Assembly: GCA_963813305.1 (NCBI GenBank)
Contig: CAWEYP010000007.1
Location: 67,965-131,964, forward strand
Direction of reading: 5' to 3'
DNA from: an uncultured Chloroflexia bacterium
GTDB lineage: Bacteria > Chloroflexota > Limnocylindria > Limnocylindrales > CSP1-4
DNA length: 64,000 nucleotides
Positions 11,116-21,209 of this stretch are shown piece by piece. The translations under genes and the position numbers were made by a program. Each line of letters begins with the position of its first letter. Positions within the stretch are counted from its first letter, which is position 1. The notes under the pieces are model-generated. The model was not told the DNA's origin, did not search any database, and saw only the letters and a program-made list of their open reading frames with translations.

Positions 11116-12546
11116 CGCGCGACCGCCTCTGGGTCATGCTCGCGGTGCTGATCCCGACGTTCGCCGCGACGATCGCGCCCCTCCCGACGGGCGATCTCGC
11201 CTACCAGGTACGCGCCGGCGAGCTGATGCTCGCCTCCGGTGCCGTCCTGCGGGCCGATCCGTTCACGTTCACGGCCTTCGGGGACCCGTGGCTGAACCAG
11301 CAGTGGGGCACCGGGGTCGCGGTGGCGCTCGTGCAGGGCGCCGCGGGCTGGGGTGGCCTGTCGCTCCTGCGGACGATCATGATCGCCCTGATCGTCGGCC
11401 TCGTGTTCGTCGGGTGCCGCGCGGGCCTCGATCGCCGACGCGCGGCGTACCTGACCCTCGCCGGCTTCCTGCTGAGCGTCGGGTCCCTTGCCCTGAGGGC
11501 GCAGCTGTTCGGGATCGTGTGCTTCGCCGTGACCGTGGCAGTCCTTTCCCTGCGCGAGTCGCGGCCGCGCCTCCTGTGGCTCCTTCCCGTGGTCGTCGTC
11601 GCCTGGGCCAACTTGCACGGGAGCTTCTTCCTTGGCCCGCTCGCGATCGGCCTGGCGGCCGTGGACGATGTGTTCCGCCGGCGGACGACGCGCAATGCCA
11701 TGCTCGCCGTCCTGGCGCTCTCCCTCGCGGCGACCTGCGTGACCCCGTTCGGACTGGAGGTCTGGCAGTACGCGATCGGGCTCTCGACGAACCCCACCAT
11801 CACGCGCCTGGTCTCCGAGTGGCAGCGCACGTCGCCGTTCTCGGGGCTGCGGGATCCTGTACTACGGCTCGGTCCTCGCGGGCATCCTCGTCGTCGTCGC
11901 GGCCCACCGCGGGGGTCGCACGATCGAGCCCGGGCGCGCGCTGTGGCTCCTTGCGCTCGCGGGGACCGGGGCGCTCGCGGAGCGCGGCATCGTCTGGTGG
12001 GCGCTCGGGGCGCCGGTCGCCCTGGCGCCGCTCGTGGCTGCCGCCCTCCCGCGCCGCGAGCGGCCGGCTCGCGTCGACCCGCCCGGGCTCCGCCGCCTCA
12101 ACGTGATCGTGGCAGCATCGATGCTCGTGGCGATCGTGGTCCTGCAGCCGATCCTTCGTCCCGGGGACCCGCTCACCGGCCCGCCGGGCCTCCTCCGCGA
12201 CGCGCCGGCAGGCCTCGCCCGGGCGCTGGCGGCGGAGGCCGACGCTTCGGATCGCGTCGTTGTTCCCCAGCCGTGGGCTTCCTGGTTCGAGTGGTCCGCG
12301 CCGGACCGGCCGGTGATGGTCGACAGTCGCATCGAGCTGTTCGATGAGGGGACGTGGGCCGACTACCTGGCGATCGGGCGAGGAGGGGCCGAAGCGCTCG
12401 ACGCGCTCGAGCGGGTCCGGGCCACGGTCGTGGTCGTCGATCCTCTCATCGCGCCGGACCTGGAGGCGACGCTCCGCGCCTCGACGTCAGGCTGGCGGGT
12501 GGCCTTCGAGGACCAGGATGGAGCGCTGTTCCTGCCTCGTCCGTGA
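11112..12546 (+). CDS. Polytopic membrane protein with C-terminal soluble domain (GT-C-like, family not recognised); frame break near 11845
   Basis: ATG at 11112 overlaps the upstream stop (ATGA). ORF 10386..12347 (MTRDRLWVMLAVLIP..WANLHGSFFLGP..SEWQRTSPFSG) joins the frame of ORF 12034..12546 (ILYYGSVLAGILVVV..VVVPQPWASWFEW..). Confidence 0.5.
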
Positions 12547-12551
12547 CGGCG

Positions 12552-12575
12552 GGTCCGGGCCCGAGGAACCGGACC
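12552..12575. terminator. GC hairpin between convergent genes (possible bidirectional terminator)
   Basis: GGTCCGG-N10-CCGGACC lies between the stop at 12546 (+) and the stop at 12617 (-). There is no U-tract. Confidence 0.3.
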
Positions 12576-12616
12576 GCGCAGCCCCAGGCTCGACCGAGGT
12601 CCCGACGGGAGGCGGC

Positions 12617-13835
12617 TCAGCCCGACGGCATCGGCGTCGTCGTACTGGCGCGGGGGAGCAGGTCGCTCGGCAATCGTCCCCGCACGAGGAGCGCCAGGAG
12701 GCCGGCGGTGACGCCGAGGTTCGCGGCGGCGGCCAGGAGGCCCAGGGGTCCCGCGAGCGGGACGAACGAGCCCGGCGCCATGTCGAGGGGCGGCGCCGCG
12801 GCGAGCATGTTGAGCGTGCTGGTGACCGCCAGCACGATCCACGCGGCGAGGATCCGGCGATCCCCGATGAGCGGCAGGAGGAAGACCAGGGCGGCGAACG
12901 CGTAGCGCTCGTGCATGCTGGTCATGCCGCAGAACGCGACGAGCGTGGCCACGGCGAGGCCCATGAGCAGGAAGACAGGCTCGGGACGACGCAGGACCAC
13001 CGTGAACACGAGCAGCTCGCCGACGGCGGTCAGGGCGATCCCGATGTGACGCGCCGTGCAGCGGTCCCAGGATCGCGGTCGCGTCGCTCAGCCAGACCAT
13101 GCCGGCGAGCGGTTCCTGGATGAGCCACCAGAGGTTCCACGCGTAGGCCGAGAGGACCGGCAGCGTCAGGTTCTGGTAGTAGTCCAGGTTGGCGAGGTAG
13201 TCGCCGAAGCCGCCGTACGGGAGGAAGGGCAGCCACGTCAGGAGCGCCACCCCGCCGGCCACCAGGCCGACGAGGACGGCCCGGCGCAGACCCCAGCGCC
13301 CGATCACGTAGCCGGCGAACGGGGCCGCCAGGAAGAGCGCCTGGGGCTTCGTCATCATCGCCAGCCCCAGCAGGAGCGCGGTGGCCCACGGCCGGTCGCG
13401 CATGGCCGCGATCGCAGCCCACAGGCAGACTGCGACGTAGATCGCGTCGAACTGGGCCCAGACCGCGCTCAGGTACCAGGTGGCCGGCAGCAGCAGGAAG
13501 GCGAGGACGACCGCCACGGCGATCGGACGGCGCGGCCGGAGGATGACGGCGAGGCCCGCCGCGATCGCGACGTCGGCCAGGATGGGAGGGATCTTGAGGG
13601 CGATCCGGACGACGACGTCGCCGGCGTCGGCGTTGGTGGCGAAGGCCGGCACCGCCCGAGCCAGCGCCCCGAAGACCGCCACCAGCACCGGCATGTACGA
13701 CATGTCGAGCCGGTAGGCGGCGCCGAACGGAAGGTCGGTCGCCAGGCGATGCGTCCATTGGGCGTACTGGTCGATGTCGGGCAGGAAGCCATACGACGGG
13801 AGCAGGAGGACCCGGACGCCGATCGCGGCGAGCAA
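12617..13835 (-). CDS. Polytopic GT-C-type glycosyltransferase; frame break near 13050-13060; N-terminus uncertain
   Basis: ORF 12363..13835 (LLPSYGFLPDIDQYAQW..MTKPQALFLAAPF..YAWNLWWLI) joins ORF 12617..13009 (ARHIGIALTAVGELLVFTVVL..HERYAFAAL). It starts with TTG in the track. Confidence 0.55.
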
Positions 13836-13935
13836 GGCCCACGAGGAGGAGGACGCCGAGTCGTCGGGCGGAGCCCGGCGTCCGCTCCAGGTCGTCGCCG
13901 GTCGTGCAGGGAGGCGTCGGCGATCACCGGATCCG

Positions 13936-15014
13936 CTACAGCTTCGAGGAGGCCCAGTAGCGCTCCGCGAAGCCGGCGAGGCCGGCCAGGCTGGCCACCT
14001 TCGTCCCGAAGCCGCGGACCGCGTCGCCCATCTGGTCCCTGCCGCCGAAGAGCCGGTCGAGCTGGCTCTCGTAGAGCGTCAGGCCCTGGACCTTGCGCTC
14101 CACCGTCTCGGTGATGTCGGCGTACTCGGGCGTCAGGCCGACGTCCGCCGGCAGCCCGGCGAGGGCGCCGGCCGGGAGCTCGTCGAGGCGCCGGAAGTCG
14201 TTCCACCAGGCGTACGGGAAGTCCTCGTAGTAGGTGACGATCCCGGCGTACTCCGGGCCCGGCATCACCCAGCGGCGGCCGAGCTCCAGGAGGGCGATGC
14301 CCACCTCGCGCACGAGCTGGTGGTCGACGTGGTCGCCGATCCCGAGCGGCAGGTAGACCTTCTGCGGCTCGAGGCGGGCGATCTCCTTCACCAGGAGGTC
14401 GATCGGGTGCGCGGTCGTCGGCGCGCGGGGCGCCCAGCAGCTGCTCGTCGCCCTCGTAGCCGCGGAAGACGGCGTCCGGGAGGTCCAGGAAGACGATCGA
14501 CGCCTCGGCGAAGTAGGCGTAGCGCTCGTCCTCCAGGCGCCGGGCGGCCATCAGGTCGCCGGCCAGCTTGGCCTCGACGAGCTCGGTCGTGAGGACGGCG
14601 CCCTGCTGGGAGACGTCGTCCATCAGCGCCTGCCCGGCCTGCGGCCGGTTGTGGATGTCGGCGCGGCGATACCACGACGAGCGCTGCCAGAAGCGCTTGG
14701 CGGCGGCGTCGGCCTCGGCCTGGGTGGCATCCAGCCGGTCGCGCCCGCGCCCGGTACGGCGCGTCGGCGTCCGGGTCCAGCGGCTGGTCGGCACCGATGT
14801 TCGCGCGGTTGAACGACTCCGTCGTCGGCCAGACGGCCTTGCTCCCGAACCCCAGCGCCTCGCGCTGGTACTGGGTCAGGCCGGCGGCCGACCCGTTGCC
14901 GGAGAAGACCGTGAGGATCGTGACGTTCTGGCCCAGCTCGCGCAGGCTGGCGATCAGCCCGCCGCAGGAGAGCGCGACGTCGTCGGGGTGGGGGGCGACG
15001 AAGACGTGGGTCAT
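13936..15014 (-). CDS. PIG-L/LmbE-family N-acetylglucosaminyl deacetylase; two frame breaks (near 14750 and 14410)
   Basis: [19 protein letters not shown] (PIG-L motif) joins ..DATQAEADAAAKRFWQRSSW..YAYFAEASIVFLDLPD, which joins TAHPIDLLVKEIARLEPQKVYLPLGIGDHVDH (ORF 13936..14391). Confidence 0.8.
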
Positions 15015-15856
15015 GGCCCGGCGAGTATACCGATCGAACCGCGCGGCGGAGCCACGTGCTCGATCACGCGCCGGCGCGGGGCCTGCCGAGCCGGGCGCGC
15101 GGCAGCTCGGCGCGCCCGGTCACGCGGCGCGCCCGGTCGGGCAGCGCGCCCGGTCAGCGCGCCCTCGCCGACGAGCGGGACGAAGACGCAGGCGCCGTGG
15201 TTCGTGGTCCGCAGGCGGCTCGCCGTCGCGCTCCACCAGGACGAGGTCCTGCTCCCAGCGCGCCCCGACCGGGATCACGAGCCGGCCGCCGTCGGCCAGC
15301 TGGACCGTCAGCGCGTCCGGGACGCGCGGCGCCGCGGCCGCCACCAGGATTCGCGGCCAGGGCGCCCCGTCCGGGACGCCGGCGCTCCCGTCGCCGACCC
15401 GCACCTCCACCGCGTCGCCGTAGCCCAGCTCGGCGAGCCGCTGCGCGGGCCGCCGCCGCCAGCGCCGGGAGCCGCTCGACGCTGGTCACGCGGCAGCCCA
15501 TCGCCACGAGCACGGCGGCCTGGTAACCCGATCCGGTCCCGATGTCGAGCACGTGCTGCCCGGGCTCGGGATCCAGCAGCTGGGTCATCAGGCCCACCAT
15601 GAGGGGCTGGCTGATCGTCTGGTCCTGGTCGATCGGGCAGCGCCTCGTCCGCGTACGCGCGATCCCGCAGGTAGCGCGGCACGAACGCCTCGCGCGGGAC
15701 GGCGGCCATGGCCGCGAGCACGCGCGGGTCGCGGACGCCGCGCGAGCGCAGCTGGTTCTCGAGCATCGCCGTCCGCGCGGCGGCGAATGGATCGCCGTTG
15801 CCGCCGCGGTCGCTCGGTTCGCGGTCCTCGCCCGGCCGGGTCACCATCCCGAGCAT
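15011..15856 (-). CDS. pcm: Protein-L-isoaspartate O-methyltransferase; three frame breaks (near 15612, 15445, 15215); Arg/Ala-rich tail
   Basis: [21 protein letters not shown] | [35 protein letters not shown] | [29 protein letters not shown] | [17 protein letters not shown]. The last frame ends in a TGA that overlaps the PIG-L ATG (ATGA at 15011-15014). Confidence 0.85.
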
Positions 15857-16299
15857 ACGCCGCGTTCGCACGGCGCCTCGCCCCGCCTCGCTCCGCCTCG
15901 CCCCGCCGCGTCCTGCGCCGCGACGCCGCGACCTCGCCCGCCGGGTGCCCCCGACGCCGCATCCTCGCCCTGCCTTCGGCCTCGCCCCCGATCCCGCGGG
16001 ATGGCAAATCCATTGAACACGCGTGGCCCTGCGGCCGCCGTGGTCCGCCCTTCTGCCGTCCTGACCTGCTCGTCGGCCCCAACCGCGATCGGACTCGTGC
16101 AGGAAGCGGCTCCGCCTCATCCGTCGCCGAGCGCCGCCGATCGCCGGGAAGGCGCCGGACCCTGCGCGCGAAGCCCCGGGTGTTCACTGGTTGTGCGATC
16201 TCGCACGAATGCGACCAGGAGTGACCGGGTGGCGGGCCCAATCGAAGCGACATCTTGGGCGCAGCGGCGAGCCGCGCTCGTGGCCGCCGCGGGGCAGGC

Positions 16300-17058
16300 C
16301 TACGGGGCGGGCGTCACCGAGGGCGCCGCGGACTGGCTCGCCGCCGGCGAGGCGCTCGGCGCCTCCGATGCGCTGGAGCCGGCGACTGGCTCGGAGCGGC
16401 CGACCCGGACGCGGCCGGGCTGCCGCTGGGTGGCGGCCGACCACGCTGGGGGCTGCAGACGTGCTCGGGGCCGCGGATCCGCTCGGTGCCGGTGTCACGG
16501 AGGGGCCGGGCGTCACCGAGGGCACCGGTGTCGCGGTCGGGATCGGCGTCGGCGTCGGCTTCGGGGCGAAGAGGCCGCCGTTCCCCAGGAGGAGCGCGTT
16601 CAGGAAGATGAGGCCGAACACGACGGCGACGCCGGCCACGAAGATCTGGGAGATCCGGTCGTCGATGTGGACTGCCCGCTCCGAGGCGGTCGGCGCATGC
16701 TCGGGCGCCGCCGGGCCGCGACGCCCGAAGCGACGACCGCGCCGCCCCTGCGCCCGCTGCCGCAGCGGCGGCACCGGCCGCGGCTTCGACCGTGGCGCCC
16801 CTCCTCGCGTCCCGCCTCGTCGCCGAGATCCGCCTCGCGCTCCTCGGCCGACTCGAAGTCGGATTCCTCGGCGTCGCCTTCGGCGTCCGCGCTCGCCTCG
16901 CGCGTCGTCAGCGGCGATCGGGCTGCTCGTCGGCGACGTCGGCCTGGGCGTCGGCGGCGTCGGGTCGGGCTGTCGGCGGTGCTCGCGGCCGCGTCGATCG
17001 CGTCGACGCCCTCCGCGTCGGTCTTCTCCTCGGGCGCGCGCCCGTCGGGCTCGGTCAT
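16300..17058 (-). CDS. Hypothetical single-pass membrane protein (acidic and Arg-rich N-terminus, TM helix, Pro/Thr/Ser-rich tail); at least 2 frame changes; 3' end uncertain
   Basis: ATG at 17058. ORF 16600..17058 (DAEGDAEESDFESAEEREADLGDE) joins ORF 16184..16774 (RRGRRFGRRG..ISQIFVAGVAVVFGLIFLNALLL..PTPTPIPTATPVPSVTPGPSVTPAPS). A possible third frame ends at TAG 16300-16302. Confidence 0.4.
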
Positions 17059-17278
17059 CGGTGCGTCGTCACTCCCTGGTGCCGCCGCAGTGGGCGGCGA
17101 GCGCTGAGGGGGCCGGGATTGCCCGCCTGCGCTCCGGCCCGGAAGTGTACCGGAGGGCTGGCTCCCACCGTGCGGCGCCCTCGGTCGAGACGGCGGAGAC
17201 GGCAGCGCGCGCCTCGGCGACCACCTGCCGCCCCGCAGCCCATCCGCCGCTCCCGTCCCGGACCGCCGACGCGGGACC

Positions 17279-19321
17279 CTACGCCTCGCGCAGCGGCCGG
17301 CTCAGGAGGCCGGCCAGCCCGGCCACCATCGTGACGATCCCGAAGATGCCGAAGACCAGCGCCGGGCCCAGGATCTCGCCGAGGATGCCGCCGACCGCCA
17401 TCCCCAGCGTGATCGAGCCGAACACCGCCGAGAACCGGAACGAGATGACCCGCCCGATCATGTCCTCCGGCGTGCGCTCCATGAAGAGCGTCTGGGTCGG
17501 GATCACGAAGACCATGTTCGCGGCGCCCATCCCGAGGGCGAGCGCCACGCGCCACGCCGACGTTCCCGGTCAGGGCCAGGCCCGTGATGCAGGCGCCGTA
17601 GACGACGTAACCGGCGATGATCGCCGGCCCCCGGGCGATGCGCGTGCCGACCAGGCCGATCGCGAAGCCGCCGACGAGGTTGCCGATCCCGATGGCCGCC
17701 TCGATCAGCCCGTACCGGGCGATGTCGTCGATCGTGGCGGACCGCAGCACGTCGCTGGCGTAGACCGCCATCAGCCCGATCGTGATGCCGATCGCGAACT
17801 GCCCGGCGACCGCCTGGAGGGTGTTGGCGAAGAGGACCGCCTCACCGCGAAGGAATCGCCAGCCCGCGACGAGGTCGACGACAGAGGCCGCGGATACCCG
17901 GCACGGCCGCCGCCGCGGCGCGGACGACGGCCGGGACCGTCATCGTGACGATGAGCAGCGCCGAGGCGAGGTACGAGGCGGCGTCGAGCCAGAACGCGAT
18001 GGCGAGCGAGCTCCCGACGAGCGTCACGAACAGCGTGGCCAGCGGGTACCCGATGACGTCGGCGATCGAATCGCCGAGCCAGATCGCCGAGTTGGCGGCC
18101 ACGAGCTCGTCCTCGCGGACGATCCGCGGGATGACTGCCGTCCGCGCCGGCCGGAAGAAGATCGAGATCGACGTCAGGGCGAAGACCAGCGGGTAGACGA
18201 GCAGCACGTTCGCATCGGCCGCGACCGGCATGGACCAGCACGATCGCCGCCCGCAGCAGGTCCGAGGCGACCATCACGCGCTTCTGGTCCCAGCGATCGA
18301 CCAGCGCGCCGGCGACGGGTCCGAGGACGAGGTTCGGGAGCGTGGCAGCAACGAAGGTCAGGGCCACGGCCACGGCGGACTGCGTGACCCCCAGGACGAG
18401 GAACGCCAGGGCGATCTGGTGGACGCGGTCGCCGAAGAGGCTCACGAGCTGGCCCACCCAGAGGGCGCCGAACGAGCCGTTCTGGGCGAGGCGCACGTAG
18501 GGGTGGCCGAGCGCCCGAGCCAGCAGTCCGTGCCGTGCCTCGACGAGGCCGCCGGGCGCCTCCGGAGTGGACGTGGGGGCCGGGACCGCGACGCCGGCCC
18601 CCGATCCGCCGAAGACCACCGGTCGCTCCAGGCCGATCGACTCGGTGAGGCTCGCCGCCAGCCCTGTCGCGGGGCGGACCCGGTGTCGTGTGCCCGGGGC
18701 CGTCGCGGCCGCGACACGGCCGTCGACGCGGGGTTCGGCCGCGCCGCCGACCGGGAGCTCGACCACTCCCCCGCGCGGCGCGCGCTGGAGGCCGGCGAAG
18801 ACGAAGAACGCCAGGCCCGTGGCCAGCAGCACGTCGCCGATCGAGAGGACGTTCCGCACCAGCGGCAGGGGGACCGGGATGACGTCGCCGAGCGGACCCG
18901 CGTGGCGGAGGAACTCCCCGAGCGGAACGGCCGACAGCACGAAGTGGATCGGCGACAGGACGTCGGCCGCGGTCATCCCGGCGGCCGCCAGCGCCTGGTC
19001 CCAGACCGGCATGTAGCCGCCGTTCACCAGGATCGCCGTCGCGTTGAGCACCGTGCCCACCAGGGCCAGGCCGATGCCCGGCCGGGTCCGGTTCACCCAT
19101 AGGGCCACGACCAGCGCCCCGTAGGCCGTCGCCAGGAGCGGGACCCGCAGCTGGTCGCCGAGCGCGACGTCGCGCAGCAGGGCCGCCTCGGTGCCCAGCC
19201 GCAGGGCCAGGGCGACGAAGATCAGCAGCGGCCAGCGGAGGCGGATCGCGAGGAGGTTGTCCAGGCGCCCGCCGGCGGCGAGTCCGGCGACGAGCCCCAG
19301 GATGATCCCGGCGAGGAGCAT
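17279..19321 (-). CDS. DUF5317-like membrane domain followed in the same open frame by an MFS (EntS/MFS_3-like) transporter; three frame breaks (near 18233, 17897, 17554)
   Basis: ATG at 19321. The N-terminal 175 aa have 5-6 TM helices (LVNGGYMPVW). Then FGALWVGQLVSLFGDRVHQIALAFLVLG (MFS N-terminus). ORFs 17842..18231, 17055..17771 and 17279..17548 supply the rest. Confidence 0.65.
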
Positions 19322-19418
19322 CCCGGGATTGTGTCAGGACGCGGGGTCGGGAGACGGGGCTCGTCGCGCTCGCTGGCGTCGCGCCGGTCGGCGGCACCGT
19401 CTGGTCGGTCGTCGCTGG

Positions 19419-20775
19419 TCATGCGCGTGGCGGCCTGCGCACAGGAGCGGCACCGGCTGGCGCGGCTCCGGACGTGCGGCCCGGGTCGTTCACGCCGGCT
19501 GCCCAGTGCGTCTTCGTGAACGCGTCGACCACGACGGGGTCGAACTGCACGCCGGCGAACTTGCGCAGCTCGGCCATCGCCTGGTCGGCCGTGAGCGGCT
19601 TCATCCGGTACGGCCGCGCCGCCGTCATGGCCTCGAAGGCGTCGGCCACGTGGAGGATCCGGGCCAGCTTCGGGATCTCGTCGCCGATCAGGCGATCGGG
19701 GTACCCGGAACCGTTGTACCACTCGTGGTGGTGCCGGATGATCGGCAGCTCCGGGGCCAGCTTCGTGACCGGGGCGATGATGTTGGCGCCGATGACCGGG
19801 TGGGCGTTCATGATCGCCCGCTCTTCCTTGGTCAGGCGGTCGGGCTTGTTCAGCACGCTGTCGGGCACGCCGATCTTGCCGATGTCGTGCAGCAGCCCGC
19901 CCCACTCCAGGGCCTCGAGCTCCTTCTCTCCGACGCGCATCACCCGCCCGATGTCGACCGAGATCAGCTGCACCCGCATGCTGTGGCCCGACGTGAACTT
20001 GTCCCTCGCATCCACCGCCTGCGCCAGGCTCTTCACCGTCTGCGTGAACATCTCGCGCATCTCGATGATCTGGTCGAGAGCACCGCGCATGATCCAAACC
20101 GGCAGACGCGAAGAGAAGCGATCGCCCACCAGCCGACCATGAACGTCGCGACCGCCATCAGCCACGCCGAGCGGCGACAAGGGCGACCCAGTTGCCGAAG
20201 AAGGTCGGTAGATCGCCGGAGACAACGGACCGCAGCGACTGTCCGGTAGCGAGGCTCACGGTGATCGAGGTGAATGATCACGTTCAGGACGAAGAACACG
20301 GCCGGCGCCGGCCATGGCGGCAACGAAGTCGACCAGCGGGGCCGAGTCCGGTCCACCGCGTACGACGATCGCGTTCGTCACGACCCCGCCAACGACCGCC
20401 GGGAGCACCAGGCCGGCGTGATTGGCGAGCGTGCCGTACCAGGGGACTCGCCCGGACAGTTCGCGGAGTTCGGTCGTGCCGATCAGAGCGACCCATCCGG
20501 CCGCCGTCGGACCGCCGAGACTCATCGCCGCGACGAGGGTCGCGATCGATGTGTTGATCAGCGACCCGCGCGGCATCTGCGACGGGAAAGGCGGACGCCA
20601 GCAGCGTCATCACCGTCCAGAAGGCGAGCCCTGCAAGGATGTCGATCTGCTCGTTGCTCGAAGACGCCCAGCCGGATTCGCGGATCAACAGGAATCACAA
20701 GGCTCGTTACCACAAGCGCCAACAGCGCTGAGCGGCAACGAGCCCGGTGATGTAGATCTTGAGGCTTCGAGGCAT
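19419..20775 (-). CDS. HD-GYP domain phosphohydrolase with a polytopic N-terminal membrane domain; the N-terminal 650 nt need at least 5 frame changes
   Basis: ORF 19419..20225: GHSMRV, LLHDIGKIGVPD, HHHEWYNGSGYPDRL (HD-GYP). ATG at 20775 with GAGGA upstream. Hydrophobic segments are spread over ORFs 20284..20688, 20256..20576 and 20033..20356. Confidence 0.75.
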
Positions 20776-20853
20776 CAGTCCTCAGGTCGATTCGAAACGT
20801 GCCGCAGGCAGACTCTACCGTGCCGATCGGCGACCTGTATGGGACCTAAGTAC

Positions 20854-20943
20854 CTAGAGCCCCTTCAGCGAGGCGCCACCGGCAAGCAAGACGGCGGCCA
20901 GTGTCGTGACCGCCACCAAGAGGCTCAGGAGTCGGTGCTTCAT
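20854..20943 (-). CDS. 29-aa hydrophobic small ORF (MKHRLLSLLVAVTTLAAVLLAGGASLKGL)
   Basis: ATG at 20943 and TAG at 20854, in a low-GC stretch 78 nt upstream of the HD-GYP gene start. The RBS is weak. It could be a truncated signal peptide. Confidence 0.3.
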   Translation of the reverse strand: MKHRLLSLLVAVTTLAAVLLAGGASLKGL

Positions 20944-21040
20944 CACTCGATACCCTGACTGCCTCGCGCCCGCCGCTAGAAGCCCTTCGAGCCGGACTCG
21001 GGAGCCATCGCGTGCCCTCCATGGTTCCCGTGTTCCTGAG

Positions 21041-21075
21041 AACACAGAAACCGACCAGACTGGGGTCGGTCGGTT
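21041..21075 (-). terminator. Intrinsic terminator (minus strand)
   Basis: An 8-bp stem AACCGACC/GGTCGGTT (21049-21056 / 21068-21075) is followed on the minus strand by TTTCTGTGTT. Confidence 0.55.
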
Positions 21076-21172
21076 GCACTACTCGCTCCGCCTCGCCCTA
21101 AGTGCCCATTTCAGGCGAGGCCTCTGCGCGTCCGATATTGACATTGCTTCCTAGTACCGGAGTACCAGTCAG
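21042..21172 (-). ncRNA. Candidate ~130-nt small RNA or leader transcript between a promoter-like element and the terminator
   Basis: Bounded by TTGACC-N18-TAGAGT (21209-21180) and the terminator at 21075-21041. It contains the GCCTCGCC/GGCGAGGC hairpin. I found no convincing ORF. Confidence 0.3.
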
Positions 21173-21179
21173 CGGCCGG

Positions 21180-21209
21180 ACTCTATTCGTCGGGTTGCGC
21201 GTCGGTCAA
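21180..21209 (-). promoter_or_regulatory. Sigma-A-like promoter (TTGACC-N18-TAGAGT)
   Basis: The minus strand reads tacgtaTTGACCgacgcgcaacccgacgaaTAGAGTccgg. It lies in a low-GC intergenic region downstream of the regulator stop. Confidence 0.4.

Noticed and set aside
16193-16206. Palindrome GTGCGA-TC-TCGCAC as an operator or terminator.
   Set aside because: It has only 6-bp arms. It occurs once, has no U-tract and has no clear associated promoter, so it is too weak to call.
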